Positions 27,553 through 34,585 of a stretch of 34,585 nucleotides of DNA are shown piece by piece (position 1 is the stretch's first letter; the number at the start of each line of letters is the position of its first letter). Source of the stretch: an uncultured Rhodobacterales bacterium (GTDB taxonomy: Bacteria > Pseudomonadota > Alphaproteobacteria > Rhodobacterales > Rhodobacteraceae); contig CAZDLV010000001.1 of NCBI GenBank assembly GCA_964506345.1, positions 1-34,585 of the forward strand, written 5' to 3'. The notes beneath the pieces were generated by a model. The model was not told the origin of the DNA, searched no databases, and saw only the letters and a list, made by a program, of their open reading frames with translations. Made by a program: the position numbers and the translations under genes.

Positions 27553-28466
27553 CAGTCGGCCATCCCGGCGCTGGCCTTCGCCTCGGCCAGCACCCGCGCC
27601 GCTTCGGAGCCTTGCAGCTTGGCAATGTCGTCCTGATATTTCAGGATCGCCCCCAATGTGTCGGCAATCACCTGCGGCGACAGTTGCACCGCATCCAGCG
27701 CCAGCAGACATTTCGCCCAGTCGATGGTTTCGGCCACGCCGGGTTTCTTGAACAGGTCCTCGGTGCGCAACTGCTGGACAAAGGCGACAATCTCGCGGCT
27801 CAGGCTTTTGCTCGCCTCGGGCACACGGGCGTGCAGGATTTCCAGTTCGCGCTCGAAATCGGGATAGTCGACCCAGTGATACAGACACCGCCGTTTCAGC
27901 GCATCGTGGACCTCGCGCGTGCGGTTCGATGTGATGATGACAATCGGCGGTTCGGGGGACTTGATGGTGCCCAGCTCCGGTATGGTCACCTGAAAATCGC
28001 TCAGCGCCTCCAGCAAGAACGCCTCGAACGGTTCGTCGGTGCGGTCCAGTTCGTCGATCAGCAGCACCGGCGGCCCCTCGACATGCGGCGACATGGCCTC
28101 CAGCAGCGGGCGGCGGATCAGGAATTCCTCGCTGAACACCTCGGTTTTCAACTCGTTGCGATCCTCGACCCCTTCGGCCTCGGCGGTGCGGATCGCGACC
28201 ATTTGCGCGGGGAAATTCCATTCGTAAACGGCGCTGGAGGCATCCAGCCCCTCGTAACACTGCAACCGGATCAGGCGGCGCCCCAGTGCGGCGGAAATCG
28301 CCTTGGCGATCTCGGTCTTGCCGACGCCGGCCTCGCCCTCCAGAAACAGCGGGCGGTCCAGTTTCAGCGCCAGAAACACCACCGTCGCCAGCGCGCGGCC
28401 GCAAATGTAGTTCTGACCGTTCAGCATTTCCTGCGTGGTGTCGATGGATGTGATGTCCGTTGTCAT
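27552..28466 (-). CDS. coxD: CoxD-like MoxR AAA+ ATPase
   Basis: Walker A GEAGVGKT, RLQCYEGLD, Walker B LLIDELDR, TSNRTRE.HDALKRRC. Confidence 0.92.
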   Translation of the reverse strand: MTTDITSIDTTQEMLNGQNYICGRALATVVFLALKLDRPLFLEGEAGVGKTEIAKAISAALGRRLIRLQCYEGLDASSAVYEWNFPAQMVAIRTAEAEGVEDRNELKTEVFSEEFLIRRPLLEAMSPHVEGPPVLLIDELDRTDEPFEAFLLEALSDFQVTIPELGTIKSPEPPIVIITSNRTREVHDALKRRCLYHWVDYPDFERELEILHARVPEASKSLSREIVAFVQQLRTEDLFKKPGVAETIDWAKCLLALDAVQLSPQVIADTLGAILKYQDDIAKLQGSEAARVLAEAKASAGMAD

Positions 28467-28631
28467 GGTTGTCCGCCCGATTCCTGTTGTCCAGCAACCC
28501 TAGCACGAAGCAGATGCAAGCCAACGCCCGATTTGGCGGCAAGAAATTTATTTGCGCCCGGGCGCTGAAACCGTCACGATGGCCCCCCATCTTGTACACC
28601 AGCCCCTATCACCGGACAGGAGTCCGCCAGC

Positions 28632-30050
28632 GTGTCAGAATTCATCCAGTCGATAAATATCGATATTGGCCGTCTCGAATGGTTCGCCGCCACACAGTTC
28701 GCGGCGATTCTGGGAACGCTTCTTGCCATATTGTTGATCGTCCACATTCTGCGCAGCCCGCACATGCCCGCCACCAGCGTCGGCTGGATCATCACGATCA
28801 TTGCCGTTCCGTTGATCGGAATTCCGCTGTACCTGACCTTTGGCGAACGCAAGTTGCGCGCAAAAATAAACCGCAAACTGAAAATCAACACCTGCCATTG
28901 CACACCCGAACAGAACGACCCGATCGATGCCATCCTGACCTCGCTGGGCCTGCCGCCAAGTGCCCTGCAAAACACCGTGGCCTTTCACGACGACGGACGG
29001 GCCGCGTTTGACGATATTATGGCAATACTGAACGGCGCAGAACGCAGTATCGACATCGCGATGTTTATTTTCAAGAACGACTCCACCGGACAGGCGCTGC
29101 TGCGCGTCCTGCAACAAAAAGCCGCCAGCGGCGTCAGGGTCCGCCTGTTGCTGGACGGTGTCGGCTCGTTCAGCCTGTCGAAAAAATGGCTGCGTCCGGC
29201 GCAACAGGCCGGTGTCGATGTCGCGTGGTTCATTCCGGTTCTGCACAATCCCCTGCGCGGAAAAACCAACCTGCGCAACCACCGGAAAATCGTCATTGCC
29301 GATGATAAAACCCTGTGGTCCGGCGGGCGCAACTTTGCCGAAGACTACCTTGGTCCCGACTGCCCGAAAGACTGCTGGATCGACCTCAGCTATCGCCTGA
29401 ACGGGCCGGCGGTCGATGTGTTCCGGGGGATATTCGAAACCGACTGGCACTTTGCCCACGGCAAAAACATCACCCTGCCGGCCGAGGCCCCGCCGGCCAT
29501 CGGCAGTGCCGGCAGCAGGGTGCAGGTGATCCCCTCGGGGCCGGACCTTGACGGCGACCCGATCTATGCGGCTTTTCTGACCGCCTGCTACACGGCGCGC
29601 GAACGCATCACCATTGTCACCCCCTATTATGTCCCCGATCAAGGCGTGCAACAGGCGCTGAAACTCGCCGCCCTGCGCGGGGTCGAGGTGGACCTGATCC
29701 TGCCGGAAAAATCCAACCACTGGTTTGCCGACATTGCGCGGCGCCGGTCCTTGCGTGAATTGCACGCCGCCAAAGTCCGCGTCTGGCTGATCCCCGACCG
29801 GATGGTGCATGCCAAGGTAATGGTGGTGGACAACCGCTTTGCCACCGCCGGTTCCGCCAACCTCGATATCCGCAGCCTGTTCCTGAATTGCGAGGTTATC
29901 AGCGGGTTCTACAGCGAACCCGAAATCACATGGCTGACCGACTGGTGCGCCGGTCTGAAAAAATCCTGCAACGTCTACACCCCGGTCAAGGTCGGCCCTG
30001 TGGCCCAAACGGTCGAGGGACTGGTGCTGCTGGGGGGATATCAACTGTGA
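28632..30050 (+). CDS. cls: Cardiolipin synthase (phospholipase D family)
   Basis: AGGAG before GTG 28632; two N-terminal transmembrane helices; two HKD motifs (NHRKIVIAD, VHAKVMVVD); IPSGPD, TPYY.PD, GSANLD.RS...N.E. Confidence 0.88.
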   Translation: MSEFIQSINIDIGRLEWFAATQFAAILGTLLAILLIVHILRSPHMPATSVGWIITIIAVPLIGIPLYLTFGERKLRAKINRKLKINTCHCTPEQNDPIDAILTSLGLPPSALQNTVAFHDDGRAAFDDIMAILNGAERSIDIAMFIFKNDSTGQALLRVLQQKAASGVRVRLLLDGVGSFSLSKKWLRPAQQAGVDVAWFIPVLHNPLRGKTNLRNHRKIVIADDKTLWSGGRNFAEDYLGPDCPKDCWIDLSYRLNGPAVDVFRGIFETDWHFAHGKNITLPAEAPPAIGSAGSRVQVIPSGPDLDGDPIYAAFLTACYTARERITIVTPYYVPDQGVQQALKLAALRGVEVDLILPEKSNHWFADIARRRSLRELHAAKVRVWLIPDRMVHAKVMVVDNRFATAGSANLDIRSLFLNCEVISGFYSEPEITWLTDWCAGLKKSCNVYTPVKVGPVAQTVEGLVLLGGYQL

Positions 30051-30655
30051 GCGCCCCCGACTATTCCTTCGAGGCGGCGGCCCCCGCCCCCGTCTGCGGC
30101 GTGGACGAGGCCGGACGCGGGCCGTGGGCCGGACCGGTCGTCGCGGCGGCGGTTATCCTGAATCCGGCCGACATCCCCGAGGGGCTGAACGATTCCAAAA
30201 AACTGACCGCCAAACGGCGCGAGGCCCTGTTCGACGAAATCACCGCCCGCGCCAAAGTCGGCACCGGCATTGCCGAGGTGGCGGAAATCGACGAGATCAA
30301 CATCCTCAACGCCACCTACCTTGCCATGCGCCGCGCCATCGACGCGCTGCCGCAGCCCCCCGCCCACGCGCTGATCGACGGCAACCGTCTGCCCCCCGAC
30401 CTGCCTTGCACGGCCGAAACCATCGTCAAGGGTGACGGGCGGTCGCTGTCCATCGCCGCCGCCTCGATCATCGCCAAGGTGACGCGCGACCGGATCATGG
30501 TTGCATTGGCGCAACAGTTTCCCGGTTACGGCTGGGAAAAAAATGCCGGATACGGGGTTCCGGCACATCAGAAGGGGCTAGCGACCCTCGGCGTGACCCC
30601 ACACCATAGAGTCTCGTTCAAACCGATACACAAGATGTTGTATCAAGAGAATTAA
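30047..30655 (+). CDS. rnhB: Ribonuclease HII
   Basis: GVDEAGRGPWAGPVVAAAV, DSKKL, IDGN, VKGD, IAAASIIAKV.RD, HR.SF.P; GTGA overlap with cls. Confidence 0.95.
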   Translation: MSAPDYSFEAAAPAPVCGVDEAGRGPWAGPVVAAAVILNPADIPEGLNDSKKLTAKRREALFDEITARAKVGTGIAEVAEIDEINILNATYLAMRRAIDALPQPPAHALIDGNRLPPDLPCTAETIVKGDGRSLSIAAASIIAKVTRDRIMVALAQQFPGYGWEKNAGYGVPAHQKGLATLGVTPHHRVSFKPIHKMLYQEN

Positions 30656-30656
30656 G

Positions 30657-31861
<1,205 letters not shown>

Positions 31862-31899
31862 CCCGGACACCGCCCGATGCTTCGCAAGCATCGCACCTG

Positions 31900-31926
31900 A
31901 CCCCGCCCTTTGTGGCGGGGTTTTTT
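31900..31926 (+). terminator. Intrinsic terminator after ccrM
   Basis: ACCCCGCC-CTTTGT-GGCGGGGT-TTTTT. Confidence 0.88.
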
Positions 31927-32003
31927 CTGCCTTGTGCCGTTTTCGTGATTTCTATATCGGGATTTTGACGTTAGCGTGGCGCAAAACACCTATGGAGAAC
32001 CCG

Positions 32004-32468
32004 ATGTCAGGAACATTCGAAACCCGCCTTGCCGAAATCGGCATCACCCTGCCCGGGGCCGTCGCCCCCGCTGCCAACTATGTGCCGTTTGTGCAGGTTG
32101 GCGATCTTGTCTTTATCTCGGGGCAGATTTCCATGGCGGACGGCCAGATGATCAAGGGCAAGCTGGGCGACGGCATGTCGCTGGACGATGCCTATGCCGC
32201 CGCGCGCATCTGCGGCATCAACCTGATCGCACAGGTCAAGGCGGCCTGTAACGGCGACCTCGACCGGCTGGTGCAGGTGGTCAAGCTGAACGGCTTCGTC
32301 AATGCCACACAGGATTTCGGCGACCATCCGGCGGTGGTCAACGGCGCCTCCGACCTGATGGTCGAGGTGTTCGGCGATCAGGGCCGCCATGCCCGCGCCG
32401 CAGTCGGTTCCTCGTCCCTTCCTTTCGGTGTTGCTGTCGAGGTCGAAGGTGTCTTTCGAATTTCCTGA
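32004..32468 (+). CDS. RidA/YjgF family protein (Rid1-like)
   Basis: GGAGA before ATG 32004; AP.ANYVPF, ISGQI, GKLG, V.NGASDL..EVFG..GRHAR.AVG..SLP....VEVE. Confidence 0.9.
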   Translation: MSGTFETRLAEIGITLPGAVAPAANYVPFVQVGDLVFISGQISMADGQMIKGKLGDGMSLDDAYAAARICGINLIAQVKAACNGDLDRLVQVVKLNGFVNATQDFGDHPAVVNGASDLMVEVFGDQGRHARAAVGSSSLPFGVAVEVEGVFRIS

Positions 32469-33219
32469 GCTTCCGGCCAGCTTCCTGCGCCGCCCGCTCG
32501 CCCATCGCGGCCTGCATGATTTCGATGCAGGTGCGCCCGAAAACTCGCGCGCCGCGTTTCGTGCCGCCATCCGTCAGGGATTCGGCATCGAACTCGATCT
32601 GCAAATGTCGCAAGACGGCGAGGCGATGGTCTTTCACGACTATGGCCTGAACCGGCTTACGCATGAAAACGGCGCCCTGCGCCAGCATAGCGCCGAGGAC
32701 TTGCGCGCCATCACGCTGGTTTCGGGCGGCGAATCCATCCCCGATCTGGCCGAGGTTCTGGCCTTGATCGACGGGCAGGTGCCGGTTCTGCTGGAACTGA
32801 AGGATCAGGACGGTGCGTTCGGTCCCGATGTCGGGCCGCTGGAACAGCGCACGGCCGAACTGCTGCAATCCTATCGCGGCGACGTTGCCATCATGTCGTT
32901 CAACCCCAACGCCGTGGTTGCCATGCGCGGCGCCGCGCCGGATATCGCGCGCGGCCTGACCACAGATGCGTTTCGCAAAGCCGGCTGGCCGATGTTGCCA
33001 CACAAACGGGCGCTGGAACTGCGCGAGATCCCCGATTTCGACCGCGCCGGTTGCAGCTTTATCTCGCATTCGCGCAAATACCTCGACACCGCCCCCGTTG
33101 CGCGCATCAAGGCGCGCGGCCTGCCGGTGCTGTCATGGACCATCCGCAATGCCGCCGACGCTGCAAAAGCACTGGAAATTGCTGACAACATCACATTCGA
33201 GGGCTATATACCCGCCTAA
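32449..33219 (+). CDS. Glycerophosphodiester phosphodiesterase family protein
   Basis: AHRGLHD, PENS..AF, IELDLQ.S.DG...VFHD, LLELKD, MSFNP, WTIR, NITFEGY. Probable GTG start at 32449 with GAGG upstream; start uncertain. Confidence 0.9.
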   Translation: MSFEFPELPASFLRRPLAHRGLHDFDAGAPENSRAAFRAAIRQGFGIELDLQMSQDGEAMVFHDYGLNRLTHENGALRQHSAEDLRAITLVSGGESIPDLAEVLALIDGQVPVLLELKDQDGAFGPDVGPLEQRTAELLQSYRGDVAIMSFNPNAVVAMRGAAPDIARGLTTDAFRKAGWPMLPHKRALELREIPDFDRAGCSFISHSRKYLDTAPVARIKARGLPVLSWTIRNAADAAKALEIADNITFEGYIPA

Positions 33220-33241
33220 CCGACGCCAGCAAGGACGCCCC

Positions 33242-34303
33242 ATGACCGATTTCGACAAGGCCGGAACAGGCCGCCTGACCCATGCCCCCGCCGACCACAT
33301 CCCCGTGGCGAAGCCGAAAATCGGGGTGCTGCTGGCCAACCTCGGCACGCCGGACGGCACGGACTACTGGTCCATGCGCCGCTATCTGAACGAATTCCTG
33401 TCCGACAAACGGGTCATCGACTATCCGGCGTGGAAATGGCAACCGATCCTGCAAGGCATCATCCTGACGGTGCGCCCGAACAAATCCGGCGCCGCCTATA
33501 AAACCGTCTGGAACGACGCGTTGAACGAAGGCCCGCTGCTGACCATCACCCGCGCCCAGAGCAAAAAGATCGCGGCAGGACTGGCGGAAAAATACGGCGA
33601 TCAGGTCATGGTCGATTTCTGTATGCGCTACGGCAACCCCTCCACCGACGCGGCGATCAAGCGACTTCAGGCCGAGGGCTGCGAGAAAATCGTGTTCTTC
33701 CCCCTCTATCCGCAATATGCCGCGCCGACGACCGCGACGGCCAACGACCACGCCTTTCGCACGCTGATGAAAATGAACTGGCAACCGGCCTTCCGCACCG
33801 TGCCCGCCTATTTCGAGCATCCCGCCTATATCGAGGCACTGGCAAACTCGGTGCGCGAGGCTTACGAGACGCTGGAAACCCGCCCCGACCATCTGGTGCT
33901 GTCCTATCACGGCGTGCCGGAACGCTATCTGTTGCAGGGCGACCCCTACCATTGCCAGTGCCAGAAAACCACGCGCCTGCTGGCGGAAAAACTCGGCTGG
34001 GGGCGCGACCATTTCATCACCGCCTTCCAGTCGAAATTCGGCCCGGAAAAATGGGTCGGCCCGGCCACGGTCGAAGAGGTCGCGCGACTGGCGGAAACCG
34101 GCAGGAAAAACATCGCCGTGATCTCGCCCGCCTTTTCCGCCGACTGTCTGGAAACACTGGAGGAAATCAACGAGGAAATCCGCGAGAGCTTCGAACACGC
34201 CGGCGGCGAAACCTTCACTTACATCCCGTGTCTGAATGATCGCGACGACCATATTGCGGCATTGCTGGCCATACTTGAAACCGAAATGTCGGGGTGGGTC
34301 TGA
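33242..34303 (+). CDS. hemH: Ferrochelatase
   Basis: LLANLGTPD, YL.EFLSD.RVI, MRYGNPS, PLYPQY, SYHGVP, GDPY.CQC, FQSKFG...W..P, F.ADCLETLEEI, IPCLND. Confidence 0.96.
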   Translation: MTDFDKAGTGRLTHAPADHIPVAKPKIGVLLANLGTPDGTDYWSMRRYLNEFLSDKRVIDYPAWKWQPILQGIILTVRPNKSGAAYKTVWNDALNEGPLLTITRAQSKKIAAGLAEKYGDQVMVDFCMRYGNPSTDAAIKRLQAEGCEKIVFFPLYPQYAAPTTATANDHAFRTLMKMNWQPAFRTVPAYFEHPAYIEALANSVREAYETLETRPDHLVLSYHGVPERYLLQGDPYHCQCQKTTRLLAEKLGWGRDHFITAFQSKFGPEKWVGPATVEEVARLAETGRKNIAVISPAFSADCLETLEEINEEIRESFEHAGGETFTYIPCLNDRDDHIAALLAILETEMSGWV

Positions 34304-34584
34304 TGTTGAAGCTTGTGTTTTTTGTCGCGGTTGTCGCCGTTGGCGGCTACTTTTTCCCGCAGGTTTACGAAAAGACAGGCACACCGTGCCAGGCACTGGA
34401 ACGAAAAGCGCTGCGGGTGAACACCGATTCTTCGTCCGCCAGTTCGCGCATCGCCAGCCTGACACTGTCGCTGACCAACGGCGGACTGGGCCGCAAGATG
34501 GCGTCCGACCGGTATCCGAATCTGCCGGCGCCGCTCGATTGCGTCGCGACCTATTACAATTTTCCCGCTGACTGGCAGCGCTAG
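34303..34584 (+). CDS. 93-aa hypothetical protein with N-terminal membrane anchor or signal
   Basis: TGATG overlap with the hemH stop; MLKLVFFVAVVAVGGYFF hydrophobic start; two Cys; TAG at 34582-34584. Confidence 0.65.
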   Translation: MLKLVFFVAVVAVGGYFFPQVYEKTGTPCQALERKALRVNTDSSSASSRIASLTLSLTNGGLGRKMASDRYPNLPAPLDCVATYYNFPADWQR

Positions 34585-34585
34585 G

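Noticed and set aside
22591-28599. N-terminally extended CoxS, MoeA-MocA and CoxE ORFs suggesting frameshift fusions
   Set aside because: The extensions are off-frame reads of the upstream genes. Each true start has an RBS or a stop-start overlap, and the upstream genes are intact.

Overview
GC-rich alphaproteobacterial chromosomal segment; the gene content (ccrM, IalB family, ubiE-ubiB, form II cox cluster) suggests Rhodobacterales, which is an inference. It holds 33 supportable CDS and one tRNA-Arg(CCT). I saw no integrase, transposase, phage gene or CRISPR array. Order: partial gamma-glutamyltransferase, DUF2794-like protein, class 3 asparaginase, IalB family protein, rlmN; an envelope block (YafK/DpaA-like L,D-transpeptidase-family enzyme, CAP lipoprotein, Tat-exported L,D-transpeptidase, a 62-aa secreted and membrane-anchored peptide, YjbF and YjbH homologues, SDR, OmpA-like lipoprotein); ada-like gene divergent from nth plus a PfkB kinase; DEAD-box helicase; cytochrome c plus TetR; ubiE-ubiB; tRNA-Arg; a complete form II cox-like molybdoenzyme cluster (coxD-coxE-xdhC-moeA/mocA fusion-coxG-coxS-coxL-coxM); cls-rnhB-ccrM; ridA family-GDPD-hemH-small hypothetical. 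The best candidate for an undescribed system is 4377-9389. There a probably abundant mini-protein has a predicted free N-terminal Gly, a Pro/Ala linker and a C-terminal membrane helix, and it lies beside a putative attaching L,D-transpeptidase, a putative detaching (DpaA-like) enzyme and a YjbF/YjbH pair. This could be a peptidoglycan-tether or capsule-anchor module. It is a hypothesis. All family calls come from motif recognition by eye, not database searches.
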